A DNA stretch of 64,000 bases from an uncultured Gemmatimonadales bacterium (GCA_963708135.1 OY970192.1:480001-544000), one strand, 5' to 3'; counted from the stretch's first letter, positions 1-10,380 are shown. A program made the numbers and translations. The notes: generated by a model from the sequence alone, not told the origin.

Positions 1-2
1 TC

Positions 3-668
3 GCCCTGGTCCTCGACCGCTCCGGCTCCATGGCGGCGCTGTCCAAGCTGGCGCGGGCGAAGGAGGCGGCGGCGCTCCTGGTGCGGCGATCGGGCGCGGA
101 GGACGTGGTGAGCGTCGTCGCCTACGACGACGAGGTGCGGACCGTGGCCGCGCGCGTGACGGGCGCCGGGCGCGAGGAGCTGCTCACGCGCATCGGAGAG
201 CTCGACGCGGGCGGCACCACCAACCTCTCCGGCGGCTGGCTGCGGGGGCGCGAGCTGGTGGCGGAGGGTATCGCGGACGGCGGCGTGAACCGCGTGCTGC
301 TGCTCACCGACGGCCTCGCCAACGCGGGCATCACCGACCCCGGCCAGCTCCGCGACCTGGTGGCCTCCGCGGCCGCGGCCGGCGTCTCGACCACCACCAT
401 CGGCTTCGGCGCCGACTACGACGAGGCGCTGCTCCGGCTGCTGGCCGAGGCCGGCGGCGGCAGCACCTACTACATCGAGGAAGGCGACCAGGCGCCGGCC
501 GTCTTCGCCGCCGAGATCGAGGGGCTCATGGCGCTCGCCGCGCAGAACGTCGCCGTGACCGTGGCGCCCGCGTCGGGCGCCTGGGCCCGCGCGGCGAGCA
601 ACCTCGCCTCCTTCGAGCCCGTCATGCGCGCCCGGGCCGCGAAGCGGCGGCGCGGGCCGGAGCAGTAG
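3..668 (+). CDS. VWA domain protein (YfbK/CLCA-like), 5' partial at window edge; C-terminus possibly truncated
   Basis: Frame reads ALVLDRSGSM (MIDAS DxSxS), GGTTNL and RVLLLTDG. Confidence 0.85.
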   Translation, partial: ALVLDRSGSMAALSKLARAKEAAALLVRRSGAEDVVSVVAYDDEVRTVAARVTGAGREELLTRIGELDAGGTTNLSGGWLRGRELVAEGIADGGVNRVLLLTDGLANAGITDPGQLRDLVASAAAAGVSTTTIGFGADYDEALLRLLAEAGGGSTYYIEEGDQAPAVFAAEIEGLMALAAQNVAVTVAPASGAWARAASNLASFEPVMRARAAKRRRGPEQ

Positions 669-711
669 GCCGGCAGCACCCACGTGGCACGGCGAGGAGC
701 CAGATTACTGC

Positions 712-1002
712 TCAGCGTCGGGACGTTGCGGAGCGCGCCGCGCGCGCATCCTGGATGGTCACGACCTCGACCCGATCGGCCTTTTCGTCGTAGGCAAAGA
801 CGATCAGCATCCAGCGCCATGGCCCGAGTATGTACCTGAACCCCTCCCAGCGGCCGGTCAGCGCCTCACCGCTTTCGGGGAATTCGGTGAGCTGCCGGAG
901 TCGTGCCCGAACCCGTGGGTGCGTGTCGCGGGGGAGCTCGAGTCCGCGAATGAGCAGGTCGAGGTCCTCCACGGCCGTGGGGGCGACGACCACCACGGCC
1001 AC
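712..1002 (-). CDS. RelE/ParE-family type II toxin
   Basis: 96 aa, A-x-DL N-terminus, L-x-x-FPESG-x-x-L motif, directly downstream of a small antitoxin-like gene. Confidence 0.7.
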   Translation of the reverse strand: MAVVVVAPTAVEDLDLLIRGLELPRDTHPRVRARLRQLTEFPESGEALTGRWEGFRYILGPWRWMLIVFAYDEKADRVEVVTIQDARAARSATSRR

Positions 1003-1005
1003 GAC

Positions 1006-1263
1006 TCAGAGCTCGTCCAGAGGAATTCCTTGCCCGGCCCGTGTTTCCCGGAGCCCTCGCCGCGCCCGCTCGTAGGCGCCAGGGATCGCGTCGAGTAGCT
1101 CCACGATCGAGCCCGGATCCGGTGCGGCCTCTTCGATCGCCGTGGACAGCAGGGAACGGGCGAGGGTCCCCGGATTCACGTGCGTCCTCTCGGCCAGCTC
1201 ATGCAGCTTCATGGCGTGTCGCTCGTCGAGCTGGACATTGAATCGGGTCGTCCGTTTGGCCAT
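1006..1263 (-). CDS. Putative antitoxin (RHH-like N-terminus, GQGIPLDEL C-terminus)
   Basis: MAKRTTRFNVQLDERH...GQGIPLDEL, GGAG RBS upstream, 3 bp from toxin start. Confidence 0.7.
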   Translation of the reverse strand: MAKRTTRFNVQLDERHAMKLHELAERTHVNPGTLARSLLSTAIEEAAPDPGSIVELLDAIPGAYERARRGLRETRAGQGIPLDEL

Positions 1264-1450
1264 GGGTCCGCTCCATGCACGTTTCGTGTTGATCCGTAAC
1301 ATGATGGCACGCGCCGCTCCACGCCAGGTGAGGCGCCCAACGGGCCAACGCCCGACCATGGCACCAGTGCGGCCGAGGAGTTCAGGTCGCGTCCGACGCG
1401 GCGCCTTCAGTCCCAGCGCAGGAGAGTCCCGAGCTTCTGGAGGACCTCCG

Positions 1451-1597
1451 TCACCGCCTCGGCCGGTGCGCGCCCGGCCCGCTCGGCCTGGCGGCCAGCG
1501 CGGGACGGCGCCCGCTCTGCTCGTCAACCATCTGCAGGTTGAATTCCATCCAGACCAGGTCCCCCCGGTCCGCGAACGGCCTGCCACGCCTCACCAT
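1451..1597 (-). pseudogene. mazF: mazF/pemK-like toxin, N-terminal remnant
   Basis: MVRRGRPFADRGDLVWMEFNLQMVDEQSGRRPAL resembles the MazF N-terminus (RGD-x-VW-x-x-F...EQ-x-G-x-RPA); similarity then stops. Confidence 0.65.
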
Positions 1598-1710
1598 GCC
1601 TCCGCGCCAACACCCGGACCCGTGTCGGTCTCCCCGTGCAGGTTCTCGGGCGTGAGGCCGGCCAGTAGCTGGTCGAGCGAGAAAGGAGATTGCGCCAGTG
1701 GCGTGATCGC
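1591..1710 (-). pseudogene. mazE: mazE-like antitoxin, C-terminal remnant
   Basis: Manual translation gives ITPLAQSPFSLDQLLAGLTPENLHGETDTGPGVGAEAW*, overlapping the mazF ATG; no N-terminal AbrB part seen. Confidence 0.7.
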
Positions 1711-1776
1711 GTGGAGAACGCAAGTGCCTGACGCCGCGGGCGCATGGGCCAGGAGGATGCTCCCTCAAACATATGG

Positions 1777-1805
1777 TTGCGATTCTCCCGACTATGTCCC
1801 ATAAT
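1777..1805 (+). promoter_or_regulatory. Putative sigma70 promoter of the WYL operon
   Basis: TTGCGA-N17-CATAAT about 80 bp upstream of GTG 1888. Confidence 0.5.
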
Positions 1806-1887
1806 CCCATGGTCGCGCGGCACCCCCTCGCCGCGCACGCTGTTCCGCACATTCCGACAGCTCTTTTCAGCGTTCCCTGGCGGCGAC

Positions 1888-3015
1888 GTGGCCATCACGA
1901 AGACCCAGCGCTGGCTCGACCTCATCACGTTCCTCGTCCAGCGGCACTTCCCGGTGCCCGTGGACGAGCTCATGGACGGCGTCCCCGCCTACCGCGCCAG
2001 GTGGCGCGCCGGCGATGGGACGGCGCGCGCCACCGTGCACCGCATGTTCGAGCGCGACAAGGACGAGCTGCGCGCCGCGGGCATCCCGATCGAGACGGTG
2101 GAGTACACGATCGAGCACGGCACCGAGCAGGCGACGGGCTACCGCCTGCGCCGCGCCGACTTCTACCTGCCGTACCTGCGGATCGTCCAGAGGAAGACCG
2201 ACGAGGCGGTCCCCGCGTCGGGCGGTCGTGGGAAGCGGAGTGTCCCCGCGTCGGGTGCGGAAGGGCAGGGCGGCACCGGCAGTCTCGATCTGGAGCCCGA
2301 CCAGGCCGTGCTCGCCGTCGACGCGCTCCACCGGGTGGCGGCGCTGCCCGCCTCGCCATTCGCGCGCGACGCCCGCAGCGCCCTCTCCAAGCTCACCTTC
2401 GACCTGGATGGCGACGTCGTCGCCGAAGCGCCCGTGCTCTACGCCGACCCGCCCGGCCCGGCCGGCACGCGCGAGGCGCTCGAGCTCCTCGCCCACGCCC
2501 TCGCCCGGCGCGCGCGCGTGCGCTTCCGCTACCACGGCATCGCGCGCGGGGAGGCCACGGACCGCGACGTCGCCGCGTACGGGCTCCTCTACCAGCATGG
2601 CCAGTGGTACCTGATCGGCCACGACGCGCTGCGGGGCGCCATCCGCGTCTTCCGCGTGGGCCGCATGGAGCGTCCGGAGGCAGGCGACGCGGCGGGCTAC
2701 GAGATCCCCGCGGATTTCGACGTCGCCTCCTACGCCAGGCGCGAGGCGTGGGAGCTGGGCGAGGAGGAGCCGGTGGCGTGCGACGTCCGCTTCGAGTTCC
2801 CGCTCGCCCTCTGGGCCGAGCGGAACGGCAAGGGCGAGCGGGTCGAGGAGCTGCCCGGCGGCGCGGCGGTGCGTCGCTTCCCGGTGCGCCAGCCCGAGGC
2901 GTTCCTGCGCTGGCTGCAGACCTTCCTCGGCGACGCCGTCGTCCTCGCGCCGCCCGCGCTCCGCGCCGCCCAGGCCGACCTCGCCCGCCGCACGGTGGAG
3001 GCGTATGGCGGATAG
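1888..3015 (+). CDS. PafB-like HTH-WYL-WCX transcriptional regulator
   Basis: RMFERDKDELRAAGIPI (PafB HTH signature), QWYLIGHD, RVFRVGRM. Confidence 0.9.
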   Translation: MAITKTQRWLDLITFLVQRHFPVPVDELMDGVPAYRARWRAGDGTARATVHRMFERDKDELRAAGIPIETVEYTIEHGTEQATGYRLRRADFYLPYLRIVQRKTDEAVPASGGRGKRSVPASGAEGQGGTGSLDLEPDQAVLAVDALHRVAALPASPFARDARSALSKLTFDLDGDVVAEAPVLYADPPGPAGTREALELLAHALARRARVRFRYHGIARGEATDRDVAAYGLLYQHGQWYLIGHDALRGAIRVFRVGRMERPEAGDAAGYEIPADFDVASYARREAWELGEEEPVACDVRFEFPLALWAERNGKGERVEELPGGAAVRRFPVRQPEAFLRWLQTFLGDAVVLAPPALRAAQADLARRTVEAYGG

Positions 3016-3027
3016 GGCGCCGTTCTC

Positions 3028-3300
3028 TTATGGCTTGTTCGGCTTCGGTGCCGGCCGGCCGCGCAGCATCCCCTGCACGCTGATATCCTCGTCGACGTCC
3101 GGCCAGTGTGCGCCCTTGCCGTTGCCGATCAGCCGGACATTGGCGCGCTGCTCCGGCGTCGCGCGCGAGAGGCGCCACGACCAGGAAAGTGGGACGCTGA
3201 TGGTGCGGCCATCGGTCAGGACCGCGGTGATCGCGTCGTCGGATACCGAGACGGATGTCATGAGGGGTTCAGGCGTCGCCGCAGTGCTCGGTCCATGCAT
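3028..3300 (-). CDS. DUF2442 family protein (putative antitoxin)
   Basis: LTDGRTISVPLSWSWRLSRAT...HWPDVDEDISV. Confidence 0.85.
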   Translation of the reverse strand: MHGPSTAATPEPLMTSVSVSDDAITAVLTDGRTISVPLSWSWRLSRATPEQRANVRLIGNGKGAHWPDVDEDISVQGMLRGRPAPKPNKP

Positions 3301-3511
3301 GCTGTATCGCCTCCCTATGCCGGGATACGCGCTTCCGGATCCGATTCAGCTCGTGCGCCGAGAAGCCCGCGTTGAACGCGAGGGAAACGGGGTTCAGCCA
3401 GAACTTGCAGGTGGCCCCATCCCGCTCCGCGTGGACATGCATCGCCTCGGCGCAATCGAAGCTGTAGAAAAAGAACCGGTGCGGGCCGAAAATTCCAGGG
3501 ATCGTCGGCAT
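3269..3511 (-). CDS. DUF4160 family protein (putative toxin)
   Basis: MPTI...RFFFYS...HVHAER...KFWL...AWTEH. Confidence 0.85.
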   Translation of the reverse strand: MPTIPGIFGPHRFFFYSFDCAEAMHVHAERDGATCKFWLNPVSLAFNAGFSAHELNRIRKRVSRHREAIQHAWTEHCGDA

Positions 3512-3581
3512 GGTCCGCCACATTGCAGCCGCCGGATGGGCATGTCCATAGCACTGCGGGACGTGGCCCGGGAGCCCCGCC

Positions 3582-4523
3582 ATGCCCGCTGACACCGCGG
3601 GCCAGCGCATCGAGCGCATCCTTCAGATCCTCCCCCTCGCGGCGCGCGAGGGCGGCATCGCGTGGGACGAGCTGGCCGCGCGCCTCGGCGTGGAGCGTCG
3701 CGCCCTCGAGCGCGACCTGGCCGAGGTCACCGACCGCGAGTTCTACCACCCGCCCGCCTCCGCCGACGACATCCAGGTGGGCATCGAGGCCGACCGCATC
3801 CGCGTCTGGACCACCGGCCCGCTGCGCCGCCCGCCCCGCCTCACCGCGGGCGAGGCCGCCGCGCTGGACCTCGGCCTGCGGATCCTGGCCGCCGAGCGCG
3901 AGGACCCCGCCGCCCGCGAGGCCGTGCGCGCCCTGCTCGAGCGCGTCGCCCGGAGCGTCCCCGACGACCTGCTCGACCATGTGGCCGCCGACGGCGACCC
4001 CAATGCAGGAGACGCCATCCGCGCCCTCGCGATCGACGCCGCCCGCCGTCGCCGGCGCTGCCGGATCCGCTACCTCAAGCCCGACGCCGACGCCCCCGAG
4101 GACCGGGAACTCGAGCCGTACGCGATTGTCAGTGCCGGGGGTTACTGGTACGCCCTGGGCCGCTCCCCCGAGCGGGACGCCGTGCGCGCGTTCCGGCTGG
4201 ACCGCATCCTCGAGGTCTCCGTCGGCCCGGAGCGCTTCGACGTCCCGGCCGACTTCGACCCCGCTGACTATCTCGACGGCGGCCGCGTCTACCGCGCCGA
4301 CGAGGAGGTCGAGGTGGTCGTCCGCTACAGCCCCCGCGTCGCCCCCTGGCTCCGCGAGCGCGGCGAGGGCGAGGCGCAGGAGGACGGCAGCGTGTTGGTG
4401 CGGTACCGCGTCGCGGACCCGGGCTGGGTGGTGCGGCATGTGGCGGGGTATGGCGGGGAGGCGGAGGTGGTGGGGGAGCGGCCAATGATCGCCGCAGCTT
4501 CCCTGAAGGGTGATCCGCGTTGA
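3582..4523 (+). CDS. PafC-like HTH-WYL-WCX transcriptional regulator
   Basis: QRIERILQILP, RRPPRLTAGEAAAL, YWYALG, RAFRLDRI. Confidence 0.9.
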   Translation: MPADTAGQRIERILQILPLAAREGGIAWDELAARLGVERRALERDLAEVTDREFYHPPASADDIQVGIEADRIRVWTTGPLRRPPRLTAGEAAALDLGLRILAAEREDPAAREAVRALLERVARSVPDDLLDHVAADGDPNAGDAIRALAIDAARRRRRCRIRYLKPDADAPEDRELEPYAIVSAGGYWYALGRSPERDAVRAFRLDRILEVSVGPERFDVPADFDPADYLDGGRVYRADEEVEVVVRYSPRVAPWLRERGEGEAQEDGSVLVRYRVADPGWVVRHVAGYGGEAEVVGERPMIAAASLKGDPR

Positions 4524-4761
4524 GCGAGGGAGAAGTGGCCGCCGCGGTTTGGTTCGCCAGCGAGGCACTGAAGGAGCAGCACTTCTCGTTTATCACCCGG
4601 TCCGGCGTGGTCGAGCGGGCGTACCGTCTCCGTATCTACAACGCGCCTACTGCGGCGGCAGGGGCAGATGCGGACCAGCGCGCCGACCGCTCTCCCAGCG
4701 CGCCGGAACCAAGCCCTCGCCCCGGCGGGAAGGCATTGTCGCCCTTGCTGTGGGAATAGGA

Positions 4762-7700
4762 ATGCCGAATAGCACCGACGACAGGGAACAGCCGCAGGGC
4801 GGCGACTTCTTCAAAGGCGACATTCGTAGCGGCCTAGAGACAATCCGTCGCCGTCTGCTCGATCCATCGAACCGTAACCGGCTGCTGAACTTCCGGCACC
4901 GAGACCGCTCGAAATCCATGCTCCGCGTGGTGGACGAGGTGCCGGATCACGTCTTCTCCGTTCTTCTCGATGGTAAGTCGATGCGGTTTCGGCCGGTACC
5001 TCAGCCCAGACGCCAAGACTGGGTGCTCGATGGGCCGGAGGGGTCAGGAGACAACGGGCACACACCGCGCGCGTACCAAGCTCCGCGGTTGAAACCCCCA
5101 ACGGCCAGGGAATTCGCTGAGAAGAATGGAATTCCCACATCCTTTGACCTGTCTACGAAGGCGTACACGAAGGGAGACCGGCTTCCAGCTCGGCACGCCG
5201 ACAGAGAGATGCAGACGCTGCACTTCCCGGAGGATCTCGAGGGCGTGCTGCGCTCCATAGCTGGCGCGGCTCGCCTCGCGATTGAAGAAACTGGCACGAA
5301 CATGTTGTACGTCGCCATGGGCTTTCTCGAGTGGTACGACAGCGACGCATCCGATCAGGCGCGGTTCGCACCGGTTGTGCTTTTTCCCGCCAGGTTAGAG
5401 CGGGGGGCTCCCGACCCGCAGACTCATGTCTATCGATACTCGGTCCAACATTCGGGCGAGGATATCCTCGCCAACATATCGCTTCAGGAGAAAATGAGGC
5501 GTGATTTCGCGCTTGAGTTCCCAGATTTCGACCAGGAGGAGGACACACCCGAGCACTACTTCCAGGTCCTCGATCTGATAATCAAGCGGCACGGTCGCTG
5601 GCGCGTGCGGCGGCAGATGACGCTGGCGTTGCTCGCCTTCGGCAAGTTGCTGATGTACCGGGACCTCGACCCGGACACATGGCCGCAGGGAAAGCGGCCA
5701 GAAAACCATCCGCGGCTTCGGGAGTTCTTCGAGGGAATTCAACAGGAGGAAATCGGAATCGCTCCCGACTACCCTCTTGACGGCCTCCAACCGCGAGGGC
5801 GGATTCCGATCATCATCGATGATGCAGATGCTTCCCAGCACAGCGCGCTGATCGATGCCGTCGAAGGCAAGAACCTAGTCATCCAGGGGCCGCCCGGTAC
5901 TGGGAAATCTCAAACGATCACAAACCTCATCGCAGTCACGATTGCGGCTGGAAAGTCGGTCCTGTTCGTAGCGGAAAAGCTCGCCGCACTCGAAGTGGTT
6001 CGGGATCGCCTCAACCGAGCAGGCCTGGGAATCTTCTGTCTAGAGCTCCACAGCCACAGGACCCGGAAACGCGCTCTCATCGAGGACATTAAGGCGCGGA
6101 TTGAGGCTCACGGCCAGTTTCGCGAGCCGGACCGGCTGAGAGGGTTGCGGGAATTTTGGGAGAGGACGAAGCGGCAGTTGATCGAGTACGCGGAGCTGGT
6201 CAACTCGCCGTGGGGTCAGCTCGGCAACACCATTCACGAATTGCTTTGGTGGTGCCGCCGTCGCAAGACCGAACTAGCCAAGACCGACGCTCTAGAACGC
6301 CTCACGCTCAGGAACGCAACCTCCATCACGGCGGCGGAGGCTGAGGAGCGCCGACAATTGCTCCGCGCCCTTGGCCGACATCTGACGCGGGTCTCGTCCA
6401 CGGGTGCAGTTTCACAACACCCCTGGTTTGGCGTGACCAATGCAGGCCTGGATTTTCTTTCGGCAGATGCACTGATCGCTGCGGTCGAGGAAGTTTACCG
6501 AGCCGCTGGTTCACTACTGGAATGGCGCGCCGGCGTGGAATCCGAGATAGGCGCCGAGGTCGCGGCCACTCCCAGGGCCGCCGTGGACCTCGCGCAATCA
6601 GCGGCCGCGCTCCCCGGCCCGCCAGACGGCATCCTTCCCGACATTCTCCCAGCGCTGAATGAGCCGTCGGTTGCTCGACACCTTGAAGAGTTCGACACAC
6701 GGCTTCGCGAGTACCGGGATCTTCGCGCCACGATCGTGGGAGAGCTCGGTGGTCTTCCGTCGTGGGACCCCACGATGCGTGGGCGCCTATCCGAAGCGGT
6801 TTCAACGCTCCTGAACGTGTTGAAGAGGGACTGGCAGTTCAAGGACGAACGCGGCGTTGTGGATCAGCTCACTGGTGCGAGCGGGGCTATACGGACAGCC
6901 TGGGTTGCAGCGGAGAAGCTATCGCGCTGCGTTGGCGAGGTTGTCCCTTTCACCACGGGATCTATCCGACTGTTGGCAGAGGCATTTGAAGGCCTGAGTC
7001 ACGCGCCCGTTTCATTGCTTCACCTGCGTCACGAGGGCTTGGAGTCTGTCTCTGCTCCAGGCGCACTTGAGGCGGCACTGCGTGAGGCAGCACCGCTTCT
7101 TAACATGCGCGATCGGCTTTCTCAGCGGTTTGCCCTGGAACTGGCGCCTGAACCCGCCGCTATGCGGCGGCACGCGGCCGCTGTGGCAACGTCGCATTGG
7201 TGGAGCTTCATCGACCCGGCATTTCGCTCGGCGCGAAGCGCTTACCTCACGATGTACCGCGATCGGGGGAAGCCGAAGAGAGCGGAGATCAAATCCGATC
7301 TCCAGGAATTCGCTGCATTTCAAGCAAGGGTGCAGGGATTTGCGGCCAATCGTTCCTACCAGGAGGTTGGCGGTAAGCATTTCCGGGGCATCGATACGCC
7401 GTTCGCCGATCTCGAAGCTGTCACCCGGTGGCGTGGGGAAATGGCTAGGCGGCTGCCGCCGGGCTCAGGGGACGTCGATCTTGGATACGCGCTGTGGCGC
7501 ACGGGGTCTGACCGGCTCGGACCGCTTGCAGCGGAAGCTGGCGATCTCGCAGCCCTCGTAGCGCGAGCTCGCAACGGAATCGGCGCCGCCTCCGAGCTGC
7601 TAAAACAGAGCTACGCGCCGGCTTCGGACAAGGATCTACGGGAGTTCAGCAGCGATTTGGCCTCGACCTGCGCCCGCCTTACTCTGGCCATCGAAGTGCT

Positions 7701-10197
7701 AGATGCGGCCGCCATTCCACCGACATTGCGTGTGGGGCGCATTCCGCCTTTGGTGGAAAGTGTGCGCGAACTCCACCGTCTTTGGAAAGCCCTCAACGAA
7801 GACCAGACCGCTGCGCGTGTTCTCGACGGACGGCTGCGTGAGGCGATTGACGACTTCGGACCCGTCGTCGCCACGCTCGCATTCCACGCTGATCTCGTCG
7901 CGTCAAATTTGTTGCCGCCGCTGAAACAGTGGCTCCTCGAGGCGGATGTGCTATCACGCTTGGCCACGTTGCGAGAGGTGGCGAGCGACGCGGGCCGCCT
8001 GGCCGTGGACTTCCAAGGAGCCTGGACGCGTCTCGAGAACCTGGCCGCGCTGGACCGTGCGGCGTGGTATCCTGATCTGGAAGTGGAACGCCAGGACGAC
8101 TTGAACAGCGTCAAGAGTAGAGCGGCGCGAGCGCTGGACGGACGCGATCGCCTCTTAGAGTGGTTGGACTATTTGCAGGCCAGGACTGCTGCGCGTGCTG
8201 CCCACCTGAACGCGATCGTCGAGGTGGGCGAGGCCGGAACCGTGACAGCGGACCAGCTCGTGCTCGCCTTCGATTTCATCCTGAGTAATTCCCTCGTGAA
8301 GGCCGCGTTTCGGCAGAAACCGGCTCTCGCTCAATTCAGCGGCCTCACGCATGAGCAACTTCGCGTGCGGTTCGGCGAGGTCGACCGCGAGATCATCAAG
8401 CTCGAGAGAGAGCGAGTAGGCGCACTTCTCGATCAGCGTCGCGTACCCATGGGAGTCGGAACTGGGCCGGTCAGGCAGTACAGCGAATACTCCCTCCTTG
8501 AACGAGAGATGGGGAAGCAGAAGCGACATATCCCCATACGACAGCTCATCTTGCGATCCGGCAAGGCACTCCAAGCTCTCAAACCGTGTTTCATGATGGG
8601 CCCGCTATCCGTCGCGCAGTACTTGCCGGCGGGCCAGCTCGAGTTCGACCTGCTGGTGATGGACGAAGCGTCGCAGCTCAAGCCCGAGGACGCCCTCGGT
8701 GCAATTTGCCGGGCCAAGCAAGTCGTCGTGGTCGGCGATCCGATGCAGTTGCCGCCGACGAGCTTCTTCGAACGAGTAGCTGACGACGACGAAGTGGAAG
8801 ATGAGAATGAGGCGCAGGCGCTGACGGATGCCGAGAGCATTCTCGATGTTGCCAGCCACCTCTATAGGCCGGCGCGGATGCTCCGGTGGCATTACCGGTC
8901 GCGGCACGGCAGCTTGATCGCTTTCTCGAATAGAGAATTTTATAACGGGAATCTCATTGTCTTTCCCTCCCCTTTGGGGCGTGGTCCGGAACTTGGCGTC
9001 AAGTTCGTTCATGTGCCGCACGCGGTTTACGAGAACCGCCGAAATGTCGTGGAGGCACGGACGGTCGTGGACCGAGTGTTCAGACACATGCGGAAGTACC
9101 CGGGGGACTCCCTGGGCATCGCGACCATGAACACGACTCAGCGAGACGTAATCGCGAATGAGATCGAGGAGCGGCTGAAGGCAGATCCTGCAGCAAAGGC
9201 ATACGTCGAGCGGCACGAAGGGGGGCTAGAGCCGCTCTTCGTCAAGAACCTCGAAAACGTTCAGGGCGATGAACGGGCAGTAATCTACGTCTCTGTCACC
9301 TACGGCCCGAATGAGAGGGGCAGCGTCTACCAGCGCTTCGGTCCAATCAATGGAGCCACTGGGCATCGTCGCTTGAACGTGCTCTTCACGCGCGCGCGTA
9401 AGCGCTTAGTCGTCTTTTCTTCCCTGCTTTCGGACCAGATCCGCGTCGAGTCAAACAGTAGGTGGGGAGTCCGGGCGCTGAAGGGCTATCTTGCCTTTGC
9501 ACAGACCGGTGTGCTTGAGCAGGCCAGCTTTACCGGCCGCGAGCCTGATTCTGACTTCGAGGTAGAGGTTGCCTCCGCGTTGCGTGAGCGGGGATTCGAG
9601 GTTGTTGCCCAGCTCGGGGTGGCCGGCTTCTTCCTTGATTTAGCCGTCAAACACCCCTACCGGCTGGACTCGTTCATTCTCGGCATCGAATGCGACGGAG
9701 CGAGCTACCATAGCACGCGTTCGGCTCGTGATCGCGACCGTCTTCGTCAACAGATCCTCGAGGATCTTGGGTGGAAGATCCGCCGGATCTGGTCCCCGGA
9801 TTGGTTCAAGAATTCCGGAGCGGAAGTCGAGCGGATTGTTCGTGAAATCGAGGAGCTTGCGGGGGAGCCGCCGACAGAAGGGACGGATGAAGGGCTGAGC
9901 GTCGGCGGTGAGGAGATCCAGGAGCCCGGAAGCGAAGCGCTCCTTCCGGCTCTATCGGTCGAAGAGGCGAGGGCTGAGCTGATCGCGCTACGGGAAAAGG
10001 TGATCAAGCCGGCCAATGCGCGAGAATCCGAATGTATCCTTCGAGATGAGATGATCACGGCGTTTCTTGCACAGCGGCCGCGTGATCGGAGTGAATGGAT
10101 CGACAGGATACCCATTGATCTCCGTATGGAGACTGACTTCTCTCAAACAGAATACCTAGACGCTATACTCTCTATAACCGGTAGGATTCGCAGTTGA
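4762..10197 (+). CDS. DUF4011 + SF1 (UPF1-like) helicase + Vsr-like/REase nuclease, about 1810 aa; Hhe-like anti-phage protein
   Basis: RRRLLDPSNRNRLLNF (DUF4011), GPPGTGKS, MDEASQ, VGDPMQLPP, VQGDER, RLNVLFTRAR, GIECDGASYH...RDRDRLRQ; visibly lower GC than flanks. Confidence 0.9.
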   Translation: MPNSTDDREQPQGGDFFKGDIRSGLETIRRRLLDPSNRNRLLNFRHRDRSKSMLRVVDEVPDHVFSVLLDGKSMRFRPVPQPRRQDWVLDGPEGSGDNGHTPRAYQAPRLKPPTAREFAEKNGIPTSFDLSTKAYTKGDRLPARHADREMQTLHFPEDLEGVLRSIAGAARLAIEETGTNMLYVAMGFLEWYDSDASDQARFAPVVLFPARLERGAPDPQTHVYRYSVQHSGEDILANISLQEKMRRDFALEFPDFDQEEDTPEHYFQVLDLIIKRHGRWRVRRQMTLALLAFGKLLMYRDLDPDTWPQGKRPENHPRLREFFEGIQQEEIGIAPDYPLDGLQPRGRIPIIIDDADASQHSALIDAVEGKNLVIQGPPGTGKSQTITNLIAVTIAAGKSVLFVAEKLAALEVVRDRLNRAGLGIFCLELHSHRTRKRALIEDIKARIEAHGQFREPDRLRGLREFWERTKRQLIEYAELVNSPWGQLGNTIHELLWWCRRRKTELAKTDALERLTLRNATSITAAEAEERRQLLRALGRHLTRVSSTGAVSQHPWFGVTNAGLDFLSADALIAAVEEVYRAAGSLLEWRAGVESEIGAEVAATPRAAVDLAQSAAALPGPPDGILPDILPALNEPSVARHLEEFDTRLREYRDLRATIVGELGGLPSWDPTMRGRLSEAVSTLLNVLKRDWQFKDERGVVDQLTGASGAIRTAWVAAEKLSRCVGEVVPFTTGSIRLLAEAFEGLSHAPVSLLHLRHEGLESVSAPGALEAALREAAPLLNMRDRLSQRFALELAPEPAAMRRHAAAVATSHWWSFIDPAFRSARSAYLTMYRDRGKPKRAEIKSDLQEFAAFQARVQGFAANRSYQEVGGKHFRGIDTPFADLEAVTRWRGEMARRLPPGSGDVDLGYALWRTGSDRLGPLAAEAGDLAALVARARNGIGAASELLKQSYAPASDKDLREFSSDLASTCARLTLAIEVLDAAAIPPTLRVGRIPPLVESVRELHRLWKALNEDQTAARVLDGRLREAIDDFGPVVATLAFHADLVASNLLPPLKQWLLEADVLSRLATLREVASDAGRLAVDFQGAWTRLENLAALDRAAWYPDLEVERQDDLNSVKSRAARALDGRDRLLEWLDYLQARTAARAAHLNAIVEVGEAGTVTADQLVLAFDFILSNSLVKAAFRQKPALAQFSGLTHEQLRVRFGEVDREIIKLERERVGALLDQRRVPMGVGTGPVRQYSEYSLLEREMGKQKRHIPIRQLILRSGKALQALKPCFMMGPLSVAQYLPAGQLEFDLLVMDEASQLKPEDALGAICRAKQVVVVGDPMQLPPTSFFERVADDDEVEDENEAQALTDAESILDVASHLYRPARMLRWHYRSRHGSLIAFSNREFYNGNLIVFPSPLGRGPELGVKFVHVPHAVYENRRNVVEARTVVDRVFRHMRKYPGDSLGIATMNTTQRDVIANEIEERLKADPAAKAYVERHEGGLEPLFVKNLENVQGDERAVIYVSVTYGPNERGSVYQRFGPINGATGHRRLNVLFTRARKRLVVFSSLLSDQIRVESNSRWGVRALKGYLAFAQTGVLEQASFTGREPDSDFEVEVASALRERGFEVVAQLGVAGFFLDLAVKHPYRLDSFILGIECDGASYHSTRSARDRDRLRQQILEDLGWKIRRIWSPDWFKNSGAEVERIVREIEELAGEPPTEGTDEGLSVGGEEIQEPGSEALLPALSVEEARAELIALREKVIKPANARESECILRDEMITAFLAQRPRDRSEWIDRIPIDLRMETDFSQTEYLDAILSITGRIRS

Positions 10198-10380
10198 AGG
10201 GCGCCGCTCGCGTGACCCGGAACCGCTTTATAATATGACGCACCGCCCTCTTGTGGGCGAAGGTGGGAGGCGTCCTCTGGCCAGGCAGCTTATCTCTTGC
10301 GTGATTCGCCGTTGGACGGTTAAGTGATCGGGGTGTTATCGTCGGTCGTATTCTATTCCTCAAATAGCTGGAGGCTACCG

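Noticed and set aside
1765..1780. LexA (GAAC-N4-GTTC) box upstream of the WYL operon
   Set aside because: AAACATATGGTT deviates in both sequence and spacing
4737..4757. Second PafBC-type promoter before the helicase gene
   Set aside because: TGTCGC is present but there is no TA-N3-T at the required spacing
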